A stretch of DNA of 64,000 nucleotides from Nemertoderma westbladi (GCA_032718475.1 JAUCBJ010006937.1:183788-247787), one strand, 5' to 3'. Shown: positions 1 through 13,015, counted from the first letter of the stretch. Notes: generated by a model not told the origin, from the sequence alone. Numbers and translations are program-made.

Positions 1-1598
1 TAAAGCGATGTTTTCATCATCACTACTCCAGGACGAAGATCGCTAGTGATACCGCTCCACCGACATCTGCGCACGTCCATGTTGTTAAAGATCTTCCCAA
101 ATACAAGATATCAGAAAGATTTCTGAAAGAGAAAATCAGTTACCAGGAGCATGAAGAAACCAATAAGCAGATACTGAGACTCCTGCAATGCTATGAGGAT
201 TCCGATAAGTATTTCCTGTTGTTGAGGAATCCACAGATGCGCTTAAGGGATCGCTTCTCTAGCACAATGATAGATGGGTTGATACACGTTGGAGGAAGAC
301 TAACTAATGCTCCATTATCCTTTGACACTAAGTTTCCCATACTCATTAGAAATCTTGAAATACAAATCAAGATGATTGTAGATGTTCACAGTAAGCTTTA
401 TCATGCTGGTAGAGAATGAGTTCTTAGCGAAATTCGAACTCGCTATTATTTTCATAAACCCCGTAGAGCTCTGAACCAAGTTCTTAGGAACTGTATACCC
501 TGTAGGAAAGCATTCAGTAGGCCTTTAACACAGTGAGAGGCAGAATTACCTAGGGAACGAGTAAGCTTCTATGAACCACCCTTTACTAATACCGGTGTGG
601 ATTTATTTGGCCCTATTGAAGTATATCGTGCTAGGACTATAGTCAAGAGATGGTGTGTCATCTTTGTCTGTATGACTTGTAGAGCTATCCATCTCGATAT
701 GGTGAACGATTTATCTACCAATAGCTTCATATTGAGCTTACGCCGACAGATCGCTCGCTTTGGAACTAGTAACACGATGAGATCTGATAAGGGAACGAAC
801 TTCATTGGTGCCAACAATGAAATCAGGGCTTACGTCAAAGATTGGAACCAAAGACAGGTGGACGATCAGCTAAGGGTAACAGCGTCTAGCTGGACCTTCA
901 ACGCCGCCGACGCCCCTTGGTGGGGAGGAAGTTGGGAGAGATAAATCAGGAGCGTGAAGACCGCATTTCACTTTATAGTGCCGTGCCGCGCGTATCTCAC
1001 CGACGAAATTTTGCGGACGTTAATGTAGGAAATCGCTGCCTATCTCAACGAGAGACCGCTTATGCCAGTCTCACCGAGTCCCGATTCCCTGGAAGCGCTA
1101 ACACCCGCGCACTTCCTACTGAAGAAACCCGTAGCCATGCTCCCACGATCGGAAATCATGGACGGAGACGAATACTGCCGGCAAACTTGGCAACTTATGC
1201 AGTTGTTATCCCGTCATTTCGCTGACCATTTCGAAAAACATTATCTGCCTACGCTACAACTTCGAACTAAGTGGTTTGCGCAGCAAGAAAACGTCAGCGC
1301 CAGAGACATGGTCCTTATTGTGGATTCAGATCTTCCAAGTAAGCGGTGGCAGACAGGTCGTATCATCGAGACTCATATCTCGGATGATGGTTTGGTGCGA
1401 TCGGTAGAACTCGTCGTCATGCGACGTAACTTTAAGAAACCGGGAATTGTCTTCGAGACGCAGCAGCTCAATCGCCCAATTGGTCGTTTATGTTTACTGG
1501 AAAGAGACAGAGAACTCTCCGGAAACTATGGAAGGCAAGATACTCTTCCCACGACCACCTCCCTAATCCAACAAACATCTAGGGACTCCCCAACGTAA
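1..1598 (+). mobile_element. BEL/Pao LTR retrotransposon pol, 3' part (integrase zinc finger, core and C-terminal domain), decayed
   Basis: Motifs VGGRL.NAPL, H..LYHAG, C..C, TGVDLFGP, CMTCRAIHLD, SDKGTNFIGA, APWWGGSWE(R), EALTPAHFL, W..GRI....DGLVRSV are typical of BEL/Pao integrases. In-frame stops (about 419, 536, 944) break one ancestral frame. Purine-rich CTGGAGTGGG follows at about 1605-1614. Confidence 0.93.
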
Positions 1599-2119
1599 CA
1601 GCGTCTGGAGTGGGTGTGTGACTATATTATTTTGTATTTGTTTTTATTATTTTATATTTATGTATGTATTATTATGTAATTTTATTATAATCGTTTTCTT
1701 TAATTTTATTTAGTAGAATGTTATTTTAGCGATTATCTAGTAGATTAGTGCAATATATATTAGTCTTATTACTTAATTACTTATATATTATATATTTAGT
1801 ACAACGGCGAGAAATAATTATTTTTCTCTTTCCTTACTGTCCGTATTACATTATAAATACGTGACTACAGTAAGATGAAATATCCATACTTATTAAAGTA
1901 CAATAAAGCTCCTACTATATTTAAGTATTATTGGTAAGTAGAGTATTAGGAATGCAAAATTCAGATCCTCGTGTCACGGCTAAACCAAGCTCTGGGTAGA
2001 CCTTGGAAACGACTTGCCTCTTCTCACTGACATTGTTTCTTGCAATATTGCTCTCATACCGTATATTAAATAATACATATAGTAGCGTGATGTCCATTTA
2101 ACAGTAGCGTAAAACGCAA

Positions 2120-2518
2120 AATAAATCTGTTAAACCCTTTGACCATCTGTAATTCTAGTTGATTAAGATATCGCGGCACCCACCGATATACTTGAAAGAC
2201 AAAATTCTAGAATCAGTGGTTAACGTCCCCAGACAAGTTCTGGAATAAACCGGTGCCCATCTTAAATATTAACTATTAATATTTATAAAATCTGTCAAGC
2301 AAATACAATAGAGTAAATACTTACACAAGTTAACTCTAGAAAATCTAAACTAGAAAATCTGTTAAAGTTTAGATCCTTTAAAATTCTAGTCGATTAAGAT
2401 ATCGTAGCACTTACCGATACTCTTAAAAGGACAAATTTCCTAGAATTAAGGATCCTAGTCCCCAGATATTCTCTGGAATAAAATTGTGTCTATTTAATAT
2501 TAAATAATTAAATTTATG
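2120..2518. repeat. Diverged tandem duplication, period about 230 bp
   Basis: AAATCTGTTAAA...AATTCTAGTYGATTAAGATATCG..GCAC..ACCGATA...GTCCCCAGA...TCTGGAATAAA occurs at about 2123-2286 and again at about 2355-2518. Confidence 0.8.
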
Positions 2519-3303
2519 GGAATAAATTTAAATTCATCTCTTTTAATGAATTTGATAAATTGTTATTTTATACAATTTATAATATTCCCAAAATTCCATT
2601 AATTAATAGATCATGGGAGCGGAGATTCACCCTATTAAGTGTATTAGTGTGCGAGAATCTCCAATATATAGTCAATAGCCGATAAAATTCATAAAATCAT
2701 GTATAAAGAGGAATATTGACAATTAAAGAATTACTATTAAATAGCATCCCAGATCTGTATGCATGAGAATTACCCTAATTCTACTGCTAGCTTTCCATAA
2801 TGTCACCATGGCAACAACCACGCTAGAATTAGAAGTGAGTTAAAAGAACAATAAAGGCTTGCCCCATTGAATAGCATAAGGAATAAATAGCACACTGCTA
2901 GTATCCAAGGATACCCAATAATAACGTGGCATTCTGGAAGGCACTTGACTAGCGGACAAATGGCCCGAATGTGTGCGGTTTGTGACAGTTGTGTGGAATT
3001 TGTGCGTTTATAGGTGAATGTTACTACTAAAGTGTGTTTACAGTAGCGAGTCGCAATTGTGAAAGTAGCCCTAACTCTGCAGTAAGAACCTGAAGTAAAT
3101 CTTAGCCCTTGGGACGGACAGTGGAGTGACTCGCGCTGGTTGTTGTTGTCGTTGTGCAGCTACTATGTTGGCGATAGGCACATCGACGACAGTACATCAG
3201 CGCTGAGGATCTTGCGCTGTCCGGGGGCCGTGAGGGGTAGGCAGCGACGCCCGCTAGCCTAATTATAAACTCATTATAATATTGATAAACTCATATAGCA
3301 GCT

Positions 3304-4896
3304 ATGACTGAGTTGATAGAAGATGATCTTGGTATCAGGGGGCGATATACTCTACCATTGCAAGCATTTGTTGATATCTTAATACGCGGCGACGCTGGTC
3401 CAACTACTACGGAGGAAGATGGTCATTATATCGAACCGCCAATGTCCCAGGAGCAGCTCACTCGTGAATTGGACTATCGAAAATTCACTGCTCGCTATAC
3501 GCATCGTAATGGTACGCATATGGACTTCTTAACTACTGGTCATCCTATCGATTTACACGATACGGACGATGTCGACACCGAAAGGGAAATGGCCCTATTT
3601 AAATATCCTACCCAGCGGAGTCGGAACGATAAACTGAAAATCGAATGCGAAAATTCTATTCGAAATCGACTCGAAAGAGAAGACGTTAAAGAACCTGATA
3701 AACGCGGTAACTCCAACGTATATTTGGAATTCTTGAGAGAAACATTGTAAAACCAAATAAATATCACCCGCGTTTCCCCTACAAGACGTGCGTCTTTGGT
3801 ATTATTGCGATGAATGCCCAAGACCCAACCAGCAGGCGGGGGGGCATGGGCATCCGCAGAGACGTTGCTCTAGGCGCAGTTTTACTCGTTATATTTACGG
3901 GAGTTTCGAGCGAAACTTGTTCGATGTATCATCTACGCTCGCTCGACTCAAACGATCCTTAAATAAATCCATGATCAGAGTTCCGGAATACTCGGTCAGA
4001 CCTCCTCATTCCCTGGTGAGACCTCAGACTAATAGTATAACGGATCCCCCTGAACTGTACTCACTATTTAAAGATCTAGTGTTACCCGAACAATTAGTCA
4101 GTGGCACTCCGGTAGTGGGCTCCCTAGATATTCGCCCATCTTACCTAGCCGGATTGGGACGCGGACACCTAATATCGCCATTCAACCGTATTATCGTCCC
4201 TGTTTAACCCGATATAATCTGTCACCGAAGTGAAGGAGAAAATTGTACGCACGCGTTAGACACTATTCTATAAAAGATGGGAAAAGGAACCTACGATTGC
4301 TTAGAAAAATGTAAATTGCAGCAACAAGTCCGAGCGGTAAACGATTTAGCTTTATATCAGTTCGATCGGGAAATCCAGAATCTCTAAGAAGATATCAAAC
4401 TTGGACGACCCTACTCTCTAAACGAGTTTTAGACGAATGCTTCCAACGACAAGCGGAGGAAAATCAGCTCGAGGAGAAGCATATCGATTTCGACAGAGCC
4501 CGAGAACTCGAGTCGGAAAGAACCATCAAACCGAGGAAATTTCTCACTACACACGGTCCACCTACCACTCTAGTGCAAACGACCCGTCAGGGACCAGTAA
4601 GAGCTGCTGTCTTAAAACGCGCTCTCAAGGTTGTTCGACCTCATTCCACTGAGGTTAATACCGATCAACGGGTACCTCGACTGGCGGATACACCGACCGT
4701 GATCCTGAACCTTCCGATGCAATTGTATTGCACCCTACACCCAGGAGTTATAGCCCTCCTAGTAAAGTGGCTCGCCCCAAAGAGAAAAGGACTCTTGCTA
4801 GCCTCAAAAAACTGCGTAAACGCCATCCGCGCAAAAAAGACTAACTGTTTAGAGTATTTTTATATTTTAGAAACTGTGATTTTTTATATTTTATAG
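3304..4896 (+). pseudogene. Decayed accessory ORF-A (about 500 codons, unknown function) downstream of the BEL integrase
   Basis: ORFs 3304-3750, 3788-4207 and 4573-4896 can be joined via about 2 frameshifts and several TAA/TAG stops. Composition is coding-like against AT-rich flanks. Confidence 0.55.
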
Positions 4897-4910
4897 AATT
4901 AAATCCCATT

Positions 4911-4930
4911 TTCTGGGAGCGGTGTAAAGG
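4911..4930 (+). promoter_or_regulatory. Putative polypurine tract plus TG start of a 3' LTR
   Basis: TTCTGGGAGCGG directly followed by TGTAAAGG (4923); resembles the first tract CTGGAGTGGG-TGT. The LTR end could not be located. Confidence 0.45.
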
Positions 4931-4971
4931 CTTTTGCGGATATAACTAGTCATTTTCCCCGCAAAGTACTC

Positions 4972-5085
4972 TGTAGGTGTTTTAGCGGACATAAAAAGCC
5001 GTTTTCTTACTGTGTAGGTGTTTTAGTGGACATAAAAAGCCATTTTTCTGTATGTGTACTTTAGCGGACATAACAAGCCATTTTC
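4972..5085. repeat. About 39-bp tandem repeat x3
   Basis: TGTAGGTGTTTTAGYGGACATAAAAAGCCRTTTT repeated. Confidence 0.8.
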
Positions 5086-6059
5086 ATGCCGCAATACGCC
5101 AAAATACTCTTAATACAGTGTAGTTCAGATGACGACATCTATCAGCTGATATGTCGACGTGGAGCTTTTCTTTGTTCTTTGTTCGGCTTGACCAATCAGA
5201 GCGATTTTCATTTTATTTGCACAGAAGCCTCCGGGAAATCGCGCAATGCATTATGGTCTTTGTTTACCTTTTTTCCTGAGCCCAGAACATCGGCTTTGGA
5301 ATTATTCTGTGTTTCAGACTTTAGCCAAAACATTAGAACGGCTTTGATCATAGAAACGTATAACTGTTATCCTGTCATACCTGGCATACCAGACTCACCT
5401 TACCTTTCACCGCATTATTTTACTGCTATTTACTGTCGGTTATTAATTGTTAGAAGTTGATTGATATGTTGTTATATTTGGAGAATATCGATGAGTAATC
5501 ATAAAACCCCAATCTTCTTGATATACTGAAGGTTAGAGAGACCGGTTACATATAGCAATTGCGACTTACATTATAGTGGTTTTGGAGTGAATTGAATGCT
5601 ATTTCATAGACCCTACATGTGTCAGTTGCTGATGTGATCAAATTTAGTGAAGGTCGGCAGATCAGTGTGCAGCAGTGTGAGGTAGTGTGCATGAGTGTGA
5701 CAGGTAACAAAGCATTTCCTAAAGAATGCGCTTTATACGAAAATCATTAGCCATCCCGTTGTGTTTAGTGTAAGTCATAACTCTGTTTACATACTTAGAG
5801 CGCCACGTCCTAAAGGAACTGTTAATATTTCCCGAAAGTGAATAATATTTGTCAGAGATTATATATTAACGATCAATCGAATAGTACAGTAGGCCTACAC
5901 CGCAATAAGGTCAGAGCATCCGAATCCAGTCTCCCTTAACCGTGGGTGAATGATCGTGCATAGGCTGGCTTCGGCTAATGTAACTTTATGTGTATCAAAT
6001 ACTTGTTATAGGCTAAAGTCGATTTATAACCTAGAAGACACCTAAATTTGGCAGGTTAA

Positions 6060-7118
6060 ACTGCTAAAGGTCTAAAAGCGCGAACACAAGTCATCCTTCT
6101 TTGGGCGCAATCTTGCGGTTTTTTCAGAGTTATATACCGGCAGAACGCCAATGATACGTATAACCGAGTTGATCGCACTTCCTCCGGCCATATAGCGTTC
6201 CAGGAGTATGGTTGGAATTTCAAAGAAACTGACCGCGAGACATATTCTCAAGTTTATGGTGACGCATATTCATCCTGTTATTTTCAGGGACCACTCACTG
6301 GTGCCGTGTATAGTTTTATGATTGTCCCCTTGTGCCCCTCATTGGCGATGTATCTCATATTCAAAAACCAAGCGTTATCTGGATGGCTTGCGGACATATG
6401 TAGCCTTATGTTGAGAGCGCACCCGTTGCTATTAGGAACCCAACTTACCAAGCTCAACAAATTCGGTAAATTCTTGAACTTCGAATGCTTTCCGCGTTTC
6501 CTGACCCCTTTTATTTGTGCCACTGACGTCCGATGTGCTTGAATACCCAGCTACGAACTCCTCAACCGTGTAGCTTCCTGCACCAACACCCGTTTCGTCC
6601 GACGTTTTCTTCGAGAAATACATACAGAATGTATGACGTCTTACGACATAAGAAAATTCATTAATGAATTCCTTTTTATCCTTTTTATGGTCCTCAATTC
6701 CTGGAGAGACATCCCGAGCTGCTTCCACAGCACCAAGCCTTCCAAGAACACGTTCATCGTGAAGGACCGGTCCCACATGCTGTGCCTCCGAGAATTTTCG
6801 TCTGCCAACAGTCTCCGTTTGGTATCACAACACAAACTGCCCCCTCCGGGCCAGTGCAAACCGCCGTGCGGAAGCCGCCTCACAGTCGACTCACACACCA
6901 CGAGACCAGCTGAGTTCCCGTCCTTGCCCAGCACTTCCACCGGAACATATACTGATCGTCCGAGTTCTCCAATGCCTGATGCGGTAGACATACACCCAGG
7001 TCCCGACAAGACGATTTCGAGCGACGACCTCGCGCTGCCTGCGCCCCCGACACCCATGAAAAGGAGGAAACGACTCTTTATGCGTAGTACTCCCAAGGAC
7101 CCCAAGCGAAAGCGATAA
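6060..7118 (+). pseudogene. ORF-B, about 352 codons with one internal TGA, unknown protein with a basic C-terminus
   Basis: ORFs 6306-6542 and 6633-7118 are in the same frame, and that frame is open back to 6060. It ends ...PMKRRKRLFMRSTPKDPKRKR. Confidence 0.55.
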
Positions 7119-7254
7119 TATAAGATTATTTTTAGTTAGCCTGCCAAACTTTATAAAATCCCAGTACCTGTTCGCAAACTATCACATTTGTAAATAATAT
7201 ACAATATTTATTTGATTTTAATTATTTTATTTGATTTATTTAATATACAATATG

Positions 7255-7848
7255 GAAGGTCGATGACTTCCAGTACCTTGGATCATGGATAGAGAGTAGC
7301 AAAAAGGACATAGAAGTAACATTAGACATGAAGGAAAGCAAAGGCTTGGGTAGCTCTATCAAAAATGGATACCATCTGGAAATCAGATCTCTCCAGGCAC
7401 CTGAAGACTAAGTTCTTTCGAGCCACAGTGGAAAGTGTATTTTTATATGGGGGTGAGACCTGGACACTGACTAAATCACTTGAACAATGAATTGATGGTT
7501 GCTACACAAGACTAATAAGGGCAGCCCTAAGCATCAGCTGGAGACAACACATGACAAACGCCGAGCTTTATGGTACAATACAACCTGTATCAACCACCCT
7601 CCGTGAACGCAGATTAAGATTCAGTGGGCACTGCTGGCGAAGTAAAGACGAGGTCATACCAGATCTACTTTTCTGGCAACCAACTCATGGAAAGCGTAGT
7701 CGTGGACGACCGGCGATAACATATATAGATCAACTTGAAAGGGATACTGAACTTAGGAGAAACGAAATTGCGACAACTATGGAGAATCGGGAAGCCTGGA
7801 AGGGTCTCATTTCCACTGTCCGAGTTCGCTCGACCTAGTAGTAGTAGT
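7255..7848 (+). mobile_element. RTE-clade LINE family A, 5'-truncated
   Basis: DDFQYLGS..., RRLRFSGHCWR, W.PTHGKRSRGRP..TYIDQL C-terminus, followed by a (TAG)n tail. Confidence 0.92.
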
Positions 7849-8244
7849 ATTTTTTATAGTAAAACTGAAATTCAGTATATTAGTACATAAAGAGATAAAA
7901 TGACTCATATTACTTACTTACTTACCTAGAGAACATTAGTAAATGTGTCAAACCCTAGTATTATTTGAAAGGTTGTTTAATACTTACCTAGTTTCACCGG
8001 AAGTGACCTAATGAACGTCAATGTTTATATGAGAAAGTTGACCTACCATAATTAACTCCGTTTAATTTAGTTGGATTGTTTATTATATTTAATTGTATAT
8101 AACAAGTATTTGATATCAACATGATTTAATTTTTGAATGTTTATATACTTATTTCGGTGTAAATTTTAGAAAAAACTCAATATTATATCATTTAACACAT
8201 TGTGTTGGATTGTGTTGGGAACTTGTACGTGATTTTAGGGAACG

Positions 8245-9223
8245 GTTTTGCTGCCAATGCTAACTGTATACTGAAATCTTATATTTTTGTCGTATTATTA
8301 TTCGGTTTCCATGCATATAACATTTGTGCTTCGAATGTATTGAATAGCCCATAAAGTTGTTTATATTGTTGCCTAACAATGGTTGTAGTATTACTGAACT
8401 CTCATTGGTAGCTACCGAAACCGGTATCCCTGTGTCTTATTGGCTGTTCTAGTTTCACTAAGCATTGTATATGTATATATATTTGTTGTCAGACTCTATA
8501 GGCTAGGCTTAACTTTGATAACATCTCAAGTGTTTTACATCGATTCTATAAGCCAGCGCACCACGTTTAGTTACAGTGGTCCGCAATATTTACCTAATCA
8601 CTAGTCATCGTAACTAGTCACTTACAATATTTATCTAATCGCTTGTATTAACAACTAATTTAGCTTACAAATCATTAATTATTTGCATTTACTATTATTG
8701 CAATATTCGTTGATTAATATATTAGACCAGAGATCAAATCAACTCGATTTCCACACAGTTAGTGTAAGTGCGCCTTGTCAGTAATAAGATTCGGTTCATT
8801 TAATGCGAAGTGTGAGTCCATAGTATTGTTATATTATTCCCAACTTGCAACTGCCATATATCAACGATGCAAGTGATTCGAGTAAATCGTGCGCTTATCA
8901 CGCACTAGACCAACATAGTGTCCAACCTAAAATATATGTAAGTCATACGTACATTTACTAGCCAACAACACAATATAACGGAACGGTTTACACGTACTAT
9001 CGCACCCCTTTTGAAGCAGTTTGTAAGTGCTGAGGCATCATACTTACAGTAACTAATTCTAGATCTCGTTAAGATATATATATTAGATATTATATATATA
9101 CCCCCAAACGTTTGTGAGTGTTCCTGCTATGCGGCAGGTGTCCCGAGGCTTAGATAACACTCATAAGAACTAAACAACGGTTCGCAGGGCTTTTTCAGGT
9201 TAACCTCACATAAATGCCTCGAC
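8245..9223 (-). repeat. Dispersed about 1-kb repeat, copy 1 (inverted relative to 26943-27990)
   Basis: Colinear reverse-complement match, e.g. TTGAAGCAGTTTGTAAGTGCTGAGG (9011) vs CCTCAGCACTTACAAACTGCTTCAA (27223). Confidence 0.88.
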
Positions 9224-9239
9224 AAGAGTTATTCCTCTC

Positions 9240-9960
9240 AAATTCAGTACCACAAATAATACGCTTTGACAATGGATCCCAATTCACATCTGCGCAATTA
9301 CGCATTATTCTTAGAAAATTGGGGTGTCTATATGGAGTTTTCTTCACCCTACCTATACTCAACCAATGGTAGGGCCGAAGCTGCTGTAAAATCCTTAAAA
9401 AAGATTATCCGTGGCAGTATAGCCCCAGGTTGTAACCAGCCAGACCCTGACAGTCTTGCATGTGGCACCCTGGCATACAGAAACACCCCACGATATGGGC
9501 ACTCACCAGCTGAATTGGTTTATGGACCCCATACGGGAGGCATTGACAATACATTACAAATCCTGTGATTGGAGCGTGACTTTTGCGAATTAGACGACAC
9601 TGTGGCCACAAAGAAAACCATACTGGCAATAAAGTTCAATAATGCCTCCCACCATTTACAACCAATGAGTCTTGGAACCCCAGTTGCTATACAACACCAT
9701 TTCACCAAACGTTGGCCGGTATGGCGGTATGATGGTAGATCCCAGGTATGATGGTAGAGGTTCTGCCACATCATAAATATTCTGTAAAGATGAATAGTGC
9801 GCGCATATATCACCGCCACTGCCGATTCTTACGCATTCGTTACGCAATTGTTGGACCCACCCAAGCGAGGAACCCAGCACCATTACCAGCCTCGCCAGCA
9901 CCCCCGAGCGTAGCCACACCACTGGAACCGCTCACACCTATACTGCATGCAGTACACTGA
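9240..9960 (+). mobile_element. Ty3/Gypsy integrase fragment, frameshifted
   Basis: DNGSQFTS (one frame), WGV...SSPY...NGRAEAAVKSLK, LAYRNTP, SPAEL.YG. Confidence 0.85.
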
Positions 9961-10019
9961 TTTCATCCAAGCCGTCATTGGTCATAAAGTGGTCAACAGC
10001 TAACAACCAACCAGCAGAC

Positions 10020-10560
10020 AGTATTTGGTATTAAATTACTGGAATTCCCCATTTCTTCTAATAATACCAATCGTACTGGAAAGCGAGATTTTGCAGATTA
10101 TTTGATAAATTCGATATTATCATTGATCATTTCGTCTTTTTCGTTATTTTCGGGTTTTATAACTATCTGGAGCTCATTCAGGGACACTTTGCTGAATTTA
10201 GATTAAAAAAAACCGTCCCACCACGCGATTTTCAGCTTATACTGTTATAATATCATCAGCATTTATGGTAATTAATATATTCTGCAACAGTTTAGGCCTA
10301 GAATTCTGAAATATCAATGTTTTCAAAATTTTTTTTATAATTTCGTGAAAATGCTAGCTAGTCAAAAAAACACTAGCTACCTTAATAAATTATATGTAAT
10401 AATATTCTCGAATACTTACCAATAATAAAAAAAATACCGTATTTTTAAAATTTCAAAAAATTATATCTATTAAAAAAACACTAGCTACCATAAAAAAATA
10501 AATCTACTAATGTTCTAGAACATTCACCGATATCAAAAAACCACTAAAGAGTTGCTATCA
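10020..10560. mobile_element. Non-autonomous DNA element remnant related to 13016-13390
   Basis: Shares CTAGCTACC and GTTCTAGAACATTCAC motifs with 13016-13390. Confidence 0.5.
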
Positions 10561-11012
10561 GGAACCAAACGATTCGGTCCTGGACAATTTAGTCCCATTT
10601 ATTTAGTGTTTTGGGACCGAATTGTAGTGTAATCATTTTATTTCGGAAAATTAAAAATGCTTTCAGTTTTTTAAGATACAATAATATAAATATACAATAA
10701 TTGGTACAATACATACACAAAACAATTATAATATATATTTTACTCTATATCTAACCGTTTACACCAATAATCTATCTAACCCCCTTTCCTCACCCCCCTC
10801 TCCTATACAATTCTCTCATCCAAATCATCACAGCTGGATAACTTCTCACTACATACACACTCGTTTACAAACTAATTATTAAATCTCTTTACTCACTCTA
10901 CTCACTGTAACCATTATATAGTGATCGTGACTATAACCTATACAACAAATTATTACATCCGGGACCGAATTGTCGAGGACCAAATTGTCCAGGATCGAAT
11001 TGTTCTACATCC
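10561..11012. mobile_element. MITE-like element with inverted subterminal repeats
   Basis: GGACAATTTAGTCC/ATTCGGTCC units at the left end mirror GGGACCGAATTGTC units at the right end. Confidence 0.5.
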
Positions 11013-11389
11013 AAATAACCCATGCTGAACAGGCATTCCTTTAGAATGTTTTGTTTTACTTAAGATGTGGGGCGAGACACGTATGGCGAGCCATCAGCGA
11101 ACTGATATAATTATACTATGGCCGTTTTTCAAAAGTCTGTGTGTGTGTGTGTCGGAAGCCATAATCTAAGTTAATATCTTCAGCTAAATTGTATGGTTGA
11201 GTCATTTTGAACGGTCTCTCCATGGAAATTAATTGTTGAGCACCATACGATTAAAGTTATTTTGCACAGAAATTAGATATCTGGAATCCATGTACCCCAT
11301 TCCATTATAGTTTTTTATTTTTTCAAGTGATTTGCGTTAATAAATGTATTTTTAATATTTAATTATTTATATTAAATTTATATTATTAT

Positions 11390-12270
11390 TTATAATTGGA
11401 TAGTTCTAAATTAGGAAAACACTAGTAAAACGGTAAAACACTAGGAAAACATAAGAAAAACACGGTAAAACACCCGGAAAACAGTGAAAATATTGATCAG
11501 CAGGAAATTAAACACATGTAATTCTCTGAATTGACAATCCTAAATGTACTCCTCGCATAGCACCCCTTAAGTAATCACCGTAAAACATAGGGAAAACACT
11601 ATAAAACACTATAAACCTTCCGGAAAACAGTGAAAAAATTGATCAGCATTAAATTTTACCTATATACTGCAGAAAAATAAATTGAAAGAGTCTAATACTG
11701 CCCAGAAAGCTTGTTGCCCGGCAACCAAAGAACTGTAACCAATCAGCATACGGTGCAGTATCAGTACAACAGTACTATCCTTGTTTTACCGGTCAGTCGG
11801 TAGAGGCGCAAATTACCAGTATTGCTGTATTCTGGTAGGCCTATTACCTTGCACCTCTGCCAACTGACCGGTAAAACAAGGATAGTACTGCTGTACTGAT
11901 ACTGCACCGTATGCTGATTGGTTACAGTTCTTTGGTTCCCTGGCAACAAGCTTTCTGGGCAGTATTAGACTCTTTCAATTTATTTGTTTGCATCATATAG
12001 GTAAAATTTAATGCTGATCAATTTTTTCACTGTTTTCCGGAAGGTTTATAGTGTTTTTATAGTGTTTTCCCTACGTTTTACGGTGATTACTTAAGGGGTG
12101 CTATGCGAGGAGTACATTTAGGATTGACAATTCAGAGAAGTACATGTGTTAAATTCCCTGCTGATCAATATTTTCACTGTTTTCCGTGTGTTTTACAGTA
12201 CTTTTCCTATGTTTTCATAGTGTTTTACTGTTTTACTAGCGTTTTCCTAATTTAGAATCATCCTTTATAA
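11390..12270. repeat. About 880-bp imperfect palindrome (arms about 420 bp, centre about 11830)
   Basis: TTCTAAATTAGGAAAAC (11404) vs GTTTTCCTAATTTAGAA (12241-12257); pairing continues to a loop of about 40 nt. Confidence 0.95.
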
Positions 12271-12366
12271 TTTTTAATTGCTTTAAACATAATTAACATT
12301 GTAAATTCATACACTGATTCCATTCTCCCCCATAGAGCCTAAGGCATGGCAAACTAATTTTCAAAT

Positions 12367-12766
12367 TAACTAACATTCTCGCTATGGGGGTTTTAAGGGG
12401 TGCTGATTTCATTTCTGATGTCAGTTTTCAGGTTTACATAAATCTAGTCTGTCTGTTTGTCGGTCTTTCTGTCAGTCAGTCAGTCTGTCAAAACTTAAAA
12501 AAGAATATAAACTAACTAACATTCTCGTTATGGGGGTTTTAATGGGTGCTGATTTTATTTCAGATGTCAGTTTTCACGTTTAAAAAAATCTAGTCTGTCT
12601 GGCTGTCGGTCTTTCTGTCAGTCAGTATGTGAAAACTTAAGAAAGTATACTAACTAACCAACATTCTCGCTATGCTGGTTTTAAGGGTTGCTGATTTCAT
12701 TTCTGATGTCAGTTTACACGTTTACATAAATCTAGTCTGTCTGTCTGTCGGTCTCTCTGTCAGTCT
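12367..12766. repeat. About 145-bp tandem repeat x3
   Basis: AACATTCTCGCTATGGGGGTTTTAAGGGGTGCTGATTTCATTTCTGATGTCAG...TCTAGTCTGTCTG repeated. Confidence 0.9.
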
Positions 12767-13015
12767 GAACTACTGTACTGTGGTTGGCATTACGCCATAT
12801 ACCTAACACTAATAATACAGTCTACAATACAGCCTATCTACAGTACAGAATTGATTTTTTGCCATGAAGAGCAATAAATGTCATTAATACTATCCACCAG
12901 TATACCTACTCCAAGAGCCTTCCAATAAAACATGTATTCCAGCATGACGTCCACTGCACGTGTTCGTGCTGTCCAAGGTGACGTGCAGTGGACTTCATCG
13001 GCTCTAAGGGGTTAA

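Noticed and set aside
2600-3260. Possible env remnant (MRITLILLLAF... signal-like peptide at 2764)
   Set aside because: It stops after 26 codons and all frames have many stops; no fusion-protein motifs.
7915-7995. TACTTACCT motifs resembling the U1 snRNA 5' end
   Set aside because: No U1 stem-loops or Sm site follow; these are minus-strand GGTAAGTA donor-like sequences.
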